64,000 nucleotides of DNA from the NCBI GenBank assembly GCA_002269645.1, contig NIVC01000152.1:620001-684000 (forward strand). Direction: 5' to 3'. The position numbers were made by a program, and so were the translations under genes. Below are positions 36,765 to 55,654 of this stretch, piece by piece; the stretch's first letter is position 1, and each line of letters begins with the position of its first letter. This stretch comes from Macrostomum lignano (taxonomy: Eukaryota). The notes under the pieces are model-generated. The model was not told the DNA's origin, made no database searches, and saw nothing but the letters and a program-made list of their open reading frames with translations.

Positions 36765-37775
36765 AAGGAAAGAGAGGAGTCAGAAGAGAGGAAGAGAAGA
36801 GTACATAGGACAGAGGAGAATAGAGATGACAGAAGATAGAGAGGGATGACAGATCAAAGATGAAAGTGAACAGACGATATGAGGAGAGAGGAGAGTGGAG
36901 AGAGAAGAGAGAAGACAAGAGAGGGAGAGAGTATGGAAGAGGGAAGAGAAGAGACGAGAAGAAAGGAGAAAGGAAAGAGAGGAATCAAAAAAGGGGAAGA
37001 GAAAAGTACAGAGGAGAAATGTGAGAGAACATCTGAGAGTAAAGATGACATATGAGAGAAGGGAGATGAGAAAGTAGAAACAAGAGAGAACAGACAAAAG
37101 ATGGGAGAGTAGAGCGAAAAGAGGAGAAATAAGAAATAAGAGATAGGAGATGAGAGGTGAGACAAAGGGAGAGAAGTGAGTGAGGAGAGAGGAGGGGAAG
37201 AGAATTGAGAGGATGGGGGGAAATAGGGGAAAAGGAGGAGAGAGGAAAGGAAAGAGGGGAGAGATTAGAAAAGAGATAGGACAGGAGAGAGCAGAGAGAT
37301 GAAAGAAGAGAGAGAAAGAGACAAAAGGAGAGAGAGAGAGAGAGCAGAGAGAAATGAGAAAAGATAGAGAGAAAAGACAAAAGAAGAGAAAGGAGAGATA
37401 AGAGAGCAAAGACAAGAGAGCAGGGAGGAGAAAGTTGAGAGAAGAGAGAATAGAGTAAAAAAGAGAGAGAGGAGAGATAAGGGAAGTGTTGAGTGTGGAA
37501 AGGGAAAAAACGAGAGAAGAGGGGAGAGAGGAGAGAAGAAAGAAGAGAAAGGAAACAAAAGAGAAGATAGAAGCTTCAAACGATCCAAACATAGGGAGAG
37601 GCAAAGGTAAAGGGCAGAGGCCAGAGTTTGCTTGACATTCTGCGCAGCACCCCAGCCAACAATATCAATGCTTGCTTCAAATCCTAATTTTACACAAGTG
37701 TACTCTATTTTATGTTTAACTCTATCCTAACTATTAACAAGTTTTTGTTTGAGTTTGACCTCAGATTTTAAAATA
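36765..37775. repeat. Polypurine (GA-rich) low-complexity tract with a conserved 3' flank; dispersed repeat family
   Basis: GGAAACAAAAGAGAAGATAGA...GAGGCCAGAG...CAAGTTTTTGTTTGAGT(T/A)TGAC(C/T)TCAGATTTTA is shared with 60510-60645. Confidence 0.75.
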
Positions 37776-40069
37776 CATGCAAAAATGGTTCCAGGGATTG
37801 GAGTTTCCCAGGTTCAAAATCCGTGGGTTTCAACAGCTTGTAACTATACTAAAAATAATTATCAATTTGCATTTAAAAACAATAATAAATGCTTTGTATA
37901 TTTTAAATTAAATGGTTAGAATCTAAAGTTTTATCATTAATCCTAAATGTAGTTTATTTTATATAAAACCTTAACTTTGATAAAATATTATTACCTAAAT
38001 CTTTATTATAGCCAAGATATATTTTTACTGGGTATTTTTCTGCAAAAATCAAAATAGTGAATAATATCTATGTTAATTTTCCGCCATAAGGAGGGTCCAT
38101 ATACCGTAGCCGTAGCCATAGTTTTAACTAAAAGTCTAGAAAACAAAATATTTTGAATCAAGAAGATAACCTGGTGCTTAAACAACTGCAAATTAAGTTA
38201 GAAAATAAAAGTAACAATTGCCTTTGTAAGATTATATTTTGTCTTTTTTCAGAGCAATAATACATAATTGTTACTGAAAGTACTAATTCTGAACTTTTTC
38301 ACATTAATAAAAATTAGAGTTTGCTAGTGTTTTATTGTACTTTTTTAGGTATATTTTAAAAGTTGATAATACAGTTTTCTAAAAGTATATTTGTTTTACT
38401 CTACTTGTTTCTAATATTTTTTCTATTTTTTAACATTAATAACTACGGCTATGGGAATCTATGGAATGTGACAACAACTACCACATTTCCATAGTCATAG
38501 CCATAAAAGCAGCTAGCTACCGTAGGCATATCCATAGCTGCCATAGGCACCTATTTTACCGTATTTGCTATAGGATCCCATAGCTGTAGCTATGGCTACA
38601 GTGGAACACTAATCTATGTAAAACTAAATTATAATAAAATATGGTTTGCCTAATTATACTTTATGCCCTAGCATTTGTAAGTTTAGCTTTGTACCAAAAA
38701 TGGCTTTACATGTTTATAATAAAAAAGTAGACTTAGCCTACTAAGGGCATTTCAGCATATAATCATGGCCATAAAGACTGCTTTTTTGCTTAAAGGTTCA
38801 TTTAAAATGACAATAATAAAATTCAAAAGAGAAAACCCAAAACTGTTCCAATACTAATAATGAACTACAAAATGGTTAAACATAGTACAACTAATAATAA
38901 TAGTTAGACAAAGCCAAAAAATATATGAAAGTATCAAAAATCAATTTATATATGGTCAATTTCTGAGACAAGAGTATTACTTTGACAATAGCCAAGTCTT
39001 ACAACAAAACTAAAATGATATCTAGTTAATAATTGTTACTTTTAGTAGATTCAATATCCTTAAATTGCTAGATAGTTATTTTGATTTTATATGCAATGAA
39101 AAGTAATTTATTATCAATTAGTATCAAGATAATTATATTATTATAACTACTATATCTTACTTTTTCTATAATAAATTTTTGTTAAAGCAAATCAAGGCAA
39201 GATAATATATTAGCTTTTATAACAAATTAACATTAAATATATATTTGGTATTTTTACTAAACTTTTTAGCAATTAGATTAGATTATAGATTATAAAACAA
39301 ATTTATAGTGCAGTGGTTATAAGTAACATATTGATTCTAAATAGTCTCAAGACATTTTAGACCATTTAGGGTTATCTATTAGGCACCTTAGGGATAAAAC
39401 CAATTTGAATCTCACATTAGAACCAATAGACAAAGCAAGTAGACTATTAAATTGATATGGAACTCACTAATAGCTCGTATTATAAACTGTCATTGTTAGA
39501 ATTGATAGAATATTCTTTGCTTGTTTTCAATTTAAATTTCTTATTTAAACTGTTTAACTTACTCTTTGCATTACAGAAGCTGTCTAAATTGATATCAATA
39601 TACTTTGTAATAAAAATCTGTCAATTAAATGTAAATTTAGTCAATGTACTGGTAGCAGTAAGTACTTGACCTACTAGGATTATACTTAGGACTACTAAGA
39701 CTACTTAAATAGGTGAGATATTAGGCCAAAATCATGGCAAAACTAGATTGCTGGTTCATTTGTCTGCTGTCATGCAGTGTCGTGAATGTAATGCTAAGTA
39801 TTTGATTAAAGGAAATACTCTGCCGATTGTCAAAGTTATTGAAAAGTAAGACAGATAACAACAGGTATCTTTCACACTCGTCTTCCACCTTTATTTTACT
39901 CTTCTTCCACTCAAATGCACAATCAATTCATTGAAAACCAGCTTATTATCTTCAGCTCAGATGGCCATAGACACTTTTGAATAGAAAGCCTCATATAAGA
40001 TTTGTTATTAGGAATACGAGTGTGCATTACACTGCCTCGATACTTCAACTAGACAACGTCACTGATTGA

Positions 40070-46956
<6,887 letters not shown>

Positions 46957-47292
46957 GAAACTTAATCCGAGTTATTTTGTCTCTACTATGATCTAATATC
47001 TATTGCCTACTTTGTGTAACCAGGCTAAATAAACCAAAATATTTAATACCAGGATCAAAACTTGTGTTAAATAAAATGAAAATTGTTTAGCGAGTTTCAC
47101 TTTGTTGTTTGTTAAATTTTCAGCCTACATTTAATTAATTTACGGGCACTTCGCCCGTTTGTGTTCTGTTTTCAACATCCGTTTGCACTACTTGTAGTAG
47201 CAATAATAAGTAAGCTACATAACAGATTAATGCGCGTACGTTAACTAACTAAATATTTGTTTGTATGTGCAGCTTATTTGAGTAATATTGAA

Positions 47293-47721
47293 TACTATAG
47301 TATTTGTCATGCTGTCTCGGCCTGGAGACATCCAAACTCAGCCAGTCCCATTCCGCAATGCGTTTTTTTGGCTCGAGCTAGTCGACTTTTACCATAGACA
47401 TGCTTCTTGGGGCCATGCTGTCTCAGCCTGGGACATGCAATCTCAGCCAATATAGATTTCAATTGCAAACAGATCTCAATGCTATCATTTCTATAACGTG
47501 ACATGAAATGGCAACAAACAGCAATGAATGAACGCAGCAAGAAAAGTCAGTAAGGGTACGCAACAACGCTGAGATTGCATGTCCCAGGCTGAGATGGCAT
47601 GGCCTTGAGAGGCATGTCTATGGTAAAACTTGACTGGCTTACGTAAAAAATCGCACTGTCGAGATGGGCTGGCTGAGTTTGGATGTCTCTGGGCTGGGAT
47701 GGCATGACAAATACTATAGTA
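47293..47721. mobile_element. Palindromic MITE (~430 bp, arms ~160 bp), probable TA TSD (Tc1/mariner-like)
   Basis: TACTATAGTATTTGTCATGC...CTCAGCCTGGGACATGCAATCTCAGC is mirrored by GCTGAGATTGCATGTCCCAGGCTGAG...GCATGACAAATACTATAGTA. Confidence 0.85.
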
Positions 47722-49167
47722 GTCACATGATTTTTAATTGAATATATCTAGTACAAAGCACTTGAATGTGTATTTGTAATCATTTTCTTTAGTGCACTGT
47801 TTTTGTCAATTGTCGAGTATGTTATCAATACTGAAATATAAACTTATAAATTATAATACACGGGTTCTTTATAGAAACTTAAATTTTGGGATTTAATAAT
47901 GCATTTTGTGTTGCAAATTTTAACTTATCTGCTTGCTATATGCGACGATGACAACGCTATTCTTGTCGGCTGAAATGCTACCGATAACTCATTTTTGCTG
48001 TTTTACGCGTTTTTTTTTCATTCTTGACTGAGTCTTGTCGATGGTAAAAAGCTCGCTTTGCGGAATGTCTATGGTAAAAGTACAAAGGGACAAAATCATA
48101 TGTGCAAGCCGCATGATCGCTCTAAAATTACCTTGACTTCATGACGGAGTAAACGAGCCTTTGGAAATTAAAAATATTAATTGATAGATAAATCTCGTGG
48201 AAAAAACCTACTTGCTCCAATTTGCTGTCCAAGTGACATTGCCAATCCATGAGTGAAGTGGATCTCAGCTATAGCTAGCTTGTCAATAAGTGTAATGCAT
48301 TTTAATGGATTATATCAGCCCCATTTGCGTATATTATCAATCTATTTTAGATTTCACATTAATCCGTGAGCAAATTGTTTTGCTTATAGTCGTTACAGAT
48401 ATGCACTATAGCTATTTAATCGGCTCTGCAGAGCCTGAGCTAGCTGTTAGTCTATGCCACTACAAATCAATTAAGTCGTCAAGTGCTAGTACGTATCTAT
48501 TGATTTAGATGTAGATACTGAGTTTTAGTTGCTAGGAAGGGAATTTATTGGATCTTGAGCCACACATACTCTTATATCCTAAGCTGAATATAGAGATCGG
48601 GTCCAAGATCCAGAGAAGATATAAAAATAGCGGTCTAACGAAGTGAACGTAGGCAGAGACGAAAGTCGTACGTCAAGCTGAATTCATTCCAACAATGGCT
48701 CATACTATAGCTAGCATGTCTCCAAGGAATACCAATTTCTCATGTCGTCCAGTTTCGCCCAAAGAGTAGGGCGGTGCAGTTGAAATCACGCTCGTAGAAA
48801 AAGATTAGTATCATTTTACTCCATTTCGATCCCTTGTTGTAACTGCAGATCGAATAAAGTACTATAGATCACGCGAACGGCGCATCTACTGCCATGGATA
48901 TACGGGCTGCCAGCCGCCCACGCAGAGCCTGACTGTAGATAGTTGAAAGCTGAGAAGACTGCAAATTGCTTGGTTCTATGCAGCTGTTAATAGCATAGCA
49001 GCCAATCATGATCCTCCGGTAGCTTCTGCTACACTTGTAGCTGTTACCCTTTAAAATCTATCGACGGCTCCGCGATTCTGTTGCAGATTTCTTCTTCGAA
49101 AAATCCCTCCGCTCGATTTTTACTTCGGCACGTTATTTTAGACATCCGCGTGGTTGCTACAGTGATT

Positions 49168-50191
49168 ATGCGTTCAATGTCGGCTGTTGCTATGCTGATC
49201 TGCTGCTGCGCAATGCTCCAGCTGACAGCTCACCTGTGCTCAGCTGTGCCAGAAATGACTACCGGAAAAGCTCGCCCTGCCGGATTACTGGGGGGCAGTC
49301 GAGATAAGCGATCGGTCTTCAATCTGCGTAAGCGCCTTGATGCTTTTGCATGTACGAACCGTATAGGTTCGATTTGGATTCAGCCTTCTATTACATGTAC
49401 AAACTTCGACCCGATTAAACTTGGTTGATGGCGCTGTTAGGAAGTGCGCCACAGTATGTCCGGGAGGGCGCTATAGATGTCCGGGAGGGCGCCACAGTAT
49501 ATCCGGGAGGGCGCTATAGATGTCCGAGAGGGCGTCACAGTATGTCCGGGAGGGCGCCACAGTATATCCGGGAGGGCGCAATAGATGTCCGAGAGGGCGT
49601 CACAGTATGTCCGGGAGGGCGCCACAGTATATCCGGGAGGGCGCAATAGATGTCCGAGAGGGCGTCACAGTATGTTCGGGAGGGCGTCACAGTATGTCCG
49701 GGAGGGCGCTATAGATGTCCGGGAAGGCGTCACAGTATGTCCGGGAGAGCGCTATAGATGTCCGGGAGGGCGCCACAGTATGTCCGGGAGGGCGCTATAG
49801 ATGTCCGAGAGGGCGCCACAGTATGCCCGGGAGCCGGGAGGGCGCTATAGATGTCCGGGAGGGCGCTATAGATGTCCGGGAGGGCGCTATAGATGTCCGG
49901 GAGGGCGCTATAGATGTCCGGGAGGGCGCTATAGATGTCCGGGAGGGCGCTATAGATGTCCGGGAGGGCGCTATAGATGTCCGGGAAGGCGTCACAGATG
50001 TCCGAGAGGGCGTCACATTGGAAGGTGCCACATTACGTGCAGATCCTGCAGTGTATGACGGAACCCTTATTCAGCGCTACATGTATGCGTTCTATGAAAG
50101 CATGCATACTAAAAGACGACAGATCTATAAGTTCCTTATCAGGATGCAACCCTTTTCGCACACGCTATACAAGCTAAGAGATTCGCTTTAA
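49168..50191 (+). CDS. Candidate two-exon secreted prepropeptide (49168-49327 + 50043-50191, 102 aa)
   Basis: A hydrophobic N-terminus (MRSMSAVAMLICCCAMLQLTAHLCSA) is followed by a DKR site. Phase-1 donor C|GTAAGC (49328) matches phase-1 acceptor GTGCAG|AT (50042). Exon 2 has a KRR site, and a minisatellite fills the putative intron. No homolog was recognised. Confidence 0.35.
49446..50010. repeat. 21-22-bp minisatellite (GGGAGGGCGCTATAGATGTCC and ...CACAGTATGTCC variants)
   Basis: Tandem copies with two interspersed variants. Confidence 0.95.
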
Positions 50192-50739
50192 ATTCTTCTC
50201 TTGCTATACATGTACTCTTCATTAAATTATACTGTGACGCCAGCACTTCTCCGACCCCCGCCGGCCACTTTTCGCAGACAAGTACTACAAACAGCTAATG
50301 CTGTACTGCACCCGAACATGCCGGCGCAAGTTTGGCTCTGGACTGGCCGCCTCGGACTGTTACGGATACTATCAGCAAAACTGGTACGGCTCCAAGTGCG
50401 TGTGCCTCTGCCCACTGCCTGGCCGCGGTCGGCAGTGATAGACTATCAGCCTGACAACATGTTGTGCGGCATCAGGTTGCAATTTTGATAATACGACAGA
50501 AAAAGAAATAAAGTTTCTTTTAATCGCTAATCCTTAACGATGCGCTGAAGGTTAATCGTCACTTGAAAGCGATGGTTTTTTAATACTCCAGTATAGCTGG
50601 CTCAAAATAAGGCTAAAGTGTTATAATATACGAGGTTTACGTAATTGCTGGTAAACCGATTCAACTGTATGATTTGAGTCGTTTCTGTTTTGTCTGGCAA
50701 ACTGGGACCTAAGAAATCCAATAAAACATGAGCACACTG

Positions 50740-50808
50740 GCGCAATGCACGCACTAATACAATCGCTCACGCAGTGTGTACAGCGGCCCTGACTTTCTAA
50801 TTGTCAGG
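50740..50808 (-). mobile_element. Partial SINE family 2 fragment
   Basis: GTGTGTACAGCGGCCCTGACTTTCTAATTGTCAGG matches GTGTGTTCAGCGGTCCTGACTTTCTAATCGGTCAGG at ~16651-16686. Confidence 0.6.
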
Positions 50809-50925
50809 CTACATCAACTATTATTGGACAATTATTGGACAATTGATGTAGAGTGAGGCTACTAGAGAACGCGGAGAAGGCGGCTTCTTTTTAATGTATA
50901 CCCATATTTTTCGCGTGGCTAAGTG

Positions 50926-51103
50926 TATTGGTGGCTAAGTGTATTGGTGGCTAAGTGTATTGGTGGCTAAGTGTATTGGTGGCTAAGTGTATTGGTGGCT
51001 AAGTGTATTGGTGGCTAAGTGTATTGGTGGCTAAGTGTATTGGTGGCTAAGTGTATTGGTGGCTAAGTGTATTGGTGGCTAAGTGTATTGGTGGCTAAGT
51101 GTA
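50926..51103. repeat. 16-bp minisatellite (GTGGCTAAGTGTATTG)
   Basis: About 11 exact tandem copies. Confidence 0.96.
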
Positions 51104-51257
51104 CTCCTGGCACGTCAGCCGTATATAATTTCAATGGCTCAATGACAACGCTGTGAAGAAGCCTTAAATGTTAAAATCTGTATCTTCAGTGGCCAGATTT
51201 AATTTAGCTATAAATTCTCAAGTATTATCGACATTGATTAAAATGTACTTCTAATCT

Positions 51258-52140
51258 ATAGACAAGTGGATTGCTAATCTATAGACTAGTGAATTGCTAA
51301 TCTATAGACTAGTGGATTGCTAATATATAGAATAGTGGATTGCTAATCTATAGACTAGTGGATTGCTAATCTATAGACTAGTGAATTGCTAATCTATAGA
51401 CTAGTGGATTGCTAATCTATAGACTAGTGGATTGCTAATCTATAGACTAGTGGATTGCTAATCTATAGAATAGTGGATTGCTAATCTATAGACTAGTGGA
51501 TTGCTAATCTATAGACTAGTGAATTGCTAATCTATAGACTAGTGGATTGCTAATCTATAGACTAGTGGATTGCTAATCTATAGACTAGTGAATTGCTAAT
51601 CTATAGACTAGTGGATTGCTAATCTATAGACTAGTGAATTGCTAATCTATAGACTAGTGGATTGCTAATCTATAGACTAGTGAATTGCTAATCTATAGAC
51701 TAGTGGATTGCTAATCTATAGACTAGTGGATTGCTAATCTATAGACTAGTGGATTGCTAATCTATAGACTAGTGAATTGCTAATCTATAGACTAGTGGAT
51801 TGCTAATCTATAGACTAGTGAATTGCTAATCTATAGACTAGTGGATTGCTAATCTATAGACTAGTGAATTGCTAATCTATAGACTAGTGGATTGCTAATC
51901 TATAGACTAGTGAATTGCTAATCTATAGACTAGTGGATTGCTAATCTATAGACTAGTGAATTGCTAATCTATAGACTAGTGGATTGCTAATCTATAGACT
52001 AGTGGATTGCTAATCTATAGACTAGTGGATTGCTAATCTATAGACTAGTGGATTGCTAATCTATAGACTAGTGGATTGCTAATCTATAGACTAGTGGATT
52101 GCTAATCTATAGACTAGTGGATTGCTAATCTATAGACCAG
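51258..52140. repeat. 23-bp minisatellite (GTGGATTGCTAATCTATAGACTA)
   Basis: Tandem copies with GTGG/GTGA variants. Confidence 0.97.
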
Positions 52141-52739
52141 AATGTGTATTGCTAAACTATATACTATAATGGATTGTTAATCTATAGCTGAAGAATGTAA
52201 AATTTCATAGACAAAGTCGCTAAACATTAATTCCGGATTGAACCAGATTTTAGGGCACAATAGACCTCATGCATCGGGGAATAACTTCGGGAAAAGCCAG
52301 TTTGTACATCTATTTACATTTATTTAACTATCTACTGTAAGTAATAACTTGGAGAAAAAAATCACTTTTGAACTCCAACAGATTAAAGTTAGATGATAAT
52401 CGATTTTATAGGAACTTTCTATTAATAAATATTGCAATAACATAACGCTAACATTTTTATTTCAAATAAGCACTTCAAGAGCCGCTCATGAGGTTTCCCA
52501 CCAGGTTTCAAATTGAACAACTCAGCCCGCTGCCCAGAGACACAGAGTAGAAAGAAATCACTGAAGATCTAAAACGTATCAAAATTCTTCGATGCAGACT
52601 ATAAATGTACCCTGTCACCCATTATGCATAGAACAAGCGATATCTTTATTAAAAGCAATATTCGGCACAGTTGAAGCTTTAAATATACAAAAACTAGTTG
52701 AAAATTGCAGCTTTAGGATTTCACCCAGACAGATACACT

Positions 52740-52890
52740 GTATCTCAGCACAATCTAGTCAGATATCTCAGCACAAAGTCATATATCTCAGCACAATCTA
52801 GTCAGATATCTCAGCACAATCTAGTCAGATATCTAGACACAATCTAGTCAGATATCTAAGCACAATCTAGTCAGACATCTAGACACAATC
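52740..52890. repeat. ~23-bp short tandem repeat (GCACAATCTAGTCAGATATCTCA) just past the GGCT stop
   Basis: About 6 diverged copies. Confidence 0.85.
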
Positions 52891-52940
52891 TATACCCGAC
52901 ATCTGCACAAGCTCAAGCTTCGAATATTAAAAAGGGCTAC

Positions 52941-53564
52941 TCAGAATTGCAGGCCGCGCAGCGCATCAATCTGGCATGGCGGTACATCATCAGCGGCTGC
53001 CGCGCACTGCCGCAACACTTCAAAGTATTTTATGCACTCGCCAGCGTAGCCATTGTGCTGCCGTTTGCGCAAATTGTCGACATAGTCGGCTGGCAAGCCA
53101 GACTGAACGGCGCCGCGGAGGATGATGTCGAGATAGTGCGGCGACGGGGCCATGGGCTGGCAGCGGACCATGCGGTAGCTGCGGCACCGGACCTCCTGTC
53201 CGGAGTCCAGCAGCCTGACTGTCACGCTGATTCTCTCGTAGATTCCACTGTCGACGCCTTCCTGACTGTCCAACGAGTCGGAGTCGCCATCGGCTAGGGA
53301 CCAGACGGTGCCGAAGACAAACTTCTGGGCGTCGGCTTCAACTATAGTGGCCGCGCCGCCGTGCCAAGTGCGCTGCGCTTTATCGCGATCCGACTGCGGC
53401 AGCGAATGCGACGGGTCGGCGAATTCCAACCGATAACCGGACAGGCGGCCAGTGGCCTGAAATTCGGCCGACTTGTTGGCCAGACGAAGCCGCTCACGCA
53501 GCAGGTTGCTGCCAAAACCGAAGTAGAGAAATCGGCCGGGGCGGGCCAGAGAGGAGACCGACAT
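52941..53564 (-). CDS. GGCT: Gamma-glutamylcyclotransferase, single coding exon (207 aa)
   Basis: FLYFGFGSNLL, TWHGGAATI, LDSQEGV (catalytic Glu position), CRSY and PSPHYLDIILRGAVQSGLPADY are collinear with human GGCT. Confidence 0.92.
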   Translation of the reverse strand: MSVSSLARPGRFLYFGFGSNLLRERLRLANKSAEFQATGRLSGYRLEFADPSHSLPQSDRDKAQRTWHGGAATIVEADAQKFVFGTVWSLADGDSDSLDSQEGVDSGIYERISVTVRLLDSGQEVRCRSYRMVRCQPMAPSPHYLDIILRGAVQSGLPADYVDNLRKRQHNGYAGECIKYFEVLRQCAAAADDVPPCQIDALRGLQF

Positions 53565-53970
53565 GATTTGATTGGCTGCTGAGGGCGTGCTGACTGTCTA
53601 TGACTGCAAGAGACATGAGAATTTGGACAAAAATTTTCAGGTTGAGAACACTCACATAGGAAAGATACAGCTTGAATAGTTGCTCAAAAAGAACTCAGCA
53701 GATGAGCACATATTCATTACTATTTAGTTATAAAATTGATTACTTTCTTATTATTTAAACAATGGTCTACCATAGTGTAAATAATAGTTTTATAAAGACT
53801 TAATTAAGTGATTTATAGCCAATCAAAAAGCAAAAAGCAATAGAATATTACTTTGAGCTATTAATCATTAAATTAGGTAGATCTAGGAAAAATATTTTTT
53901 TTATTTTAAATATTTTGATTGCCTATTAATAATTACTTAAGGAAAAACTTATTATAAAGCATGCTTGGAC

Positions 53971-54120
53971 ACAACTTAGGGATTCACCTGGCCATTTCTA
54001 TTGGCAACACACACATGTAAGTTGCTATTGGACAGAATAGTAATCATGTGACTGCTCTCAGCCAATAGCGACTTATATGTGTGTTGCCAATAGAAACAGC
54101 TGAGTGATTCCCAAGGTTGC
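53971..54120. repeat. 150-bp hairpin / mini-MITE upstream of GGCT
   Basis: TTCTATTGGCAACACACACATGTAAGTTGCTATTGG is mirrored by CCAATAGCGACTTATATGTGTGTTGCCAATAGAA. No TSD was found. Confidence 0.75.
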
Positions 54121-54330
54121 ACATGTATATTATAAAGTAGATATTAATTTTATAGCAAAATTTATAAAAAAAGATAAATAGCAATTAAAACATACATATA
54201 AATATCATTGCAAAAGGCTTATGACTATGTTGTAATTGAAACAAAGATTATCAAATTATCAAATAAAAAAATAAATATTTAAATGAAATATTGCATTTTT
54301 AATCAAGTATAAATTTTAGTTATTAGATAG

Positions 54331-54925
54331 CCACACTCAGGATCATGTCATGTACGCCAGAAATTCCTGGCACATATTCAGGACAGCTGGCATACACTTG
54401 GCGCACAAAATTTTTGAAAGGGTCTTCTAGCGTACACCTTGGCATATATACAATTGGCGCACCTTGCATGGCACACATGCATGGCACACACTGGAGTAGG
54501 CTACGCCACGGCCACTGTGAAAGACAAAATCAAAGAACCTAATGTGAAGCATGAAATTTTACATAAAGTTTAACAATGATTTCACAAATACATTGTTATG
54601 ACAATTGACAACTGTTGCTTCATTTAAAATATTCTCTAAATCATGTTTTGTTTCTCCTTTTTATTCTTTATTTTTTTAAATTAAAAAACATAAATCTTCA
54701 AATCTTTAATTCATAATCTTTATTTGCAATAACATGAAATGTTACAACTTACAATATATCGTGATTTTGTGTATAGGCCTATCATGCATTTTTTACATTA
54801 GGATTAGGATTTAGGACTGGCGTACCTGGCACACTTGTGCATTTTGCCTGTTGTACCTGGCGCACACCAAAAAAATTTTGAGGTGGCTTCCGGCGCACAC
54901 AGCATGATCCTGACTAGGCATATGG
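54331..54925. mobile_element. MITE of the same TIR family as 35156-36341
   Basis: CCACACTCAGGATCATG at 54331 and CATGATCCTGAC near 54903. Flanks TTAGATAG and CTAGATAG form an 8-bp TSD with 1 mismatch. Confidence 0.7.
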
Positions 54926-55654
54926 CTAGATAGTTATATATCTAAATTAAAATATTTATAAATAATACGCTGCTTGAAAACTAATCTAATATTATATTAT
55001 ATTCTACTAGCATACTGGATCTTTACTACTAATATAATACTAATGTGTCATTAAAAATCAAACATTGATTTCCTAGGCCTAATTTGATAAAAATTAATTC
55101 ATTTACTATGATTTACTGGGGGATTTAAGGGGGGACACACAGGGTCAGGGAGCACCCCATTGAGTTAGATTTTTTTAGTTTTTATATGGAAAATACACTA
55201 TCATGTACATGCATGTACCTTAGTAATCTGTGCCCCCATTCAAAATGGTGTAAGACCAAGATGGCCACACACCAAGATGGCAACAGCTGGGGTGGGGGTC
55301 ACGGAAAATGACAGCTGGTTTACTATTGGATAGCTTCGGGTGGGGAGATGTGGGGTTGCAATGGGGGGGGTTTAGACAGGCAGTCAAAATTTTATTAGTT
55401 TATTGCAGGGCTAAAGACAAAAATGGTTACGAGTCTTAATTTCCTACTTATAGTAGGCCCCTAAGAGGTGTAAACATATTTCGTATTAAACAAATCTCTT
55501 CTTCATATAAAATCTGGTGTAGCTTTTTCCAGTTTCTCTTATTGGTCGAGACTAATTTACTTGTTTAAAGGGATAAAAACTGGGTAAATTTCATGCCCTG
55601 TTCAAAATTCATCTGTCTCATTCACTGACAGCAGTCTAAGCACTTAGATACAAA

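Noticed and set aside
36724-37604. Leu/Ser/Phe-rich 'membrane proteins' and Glu/Arg-rich ORFs (also 59231-61504)
   Set aside because: Translations of polypurine/polypyrimidine low-complexity DNA.
50201-50488. Additional coding exon downstream of the candidate peptide gene
   Set aside because: GC-rich, but no recognisable motif or convincing splice context on either strand.
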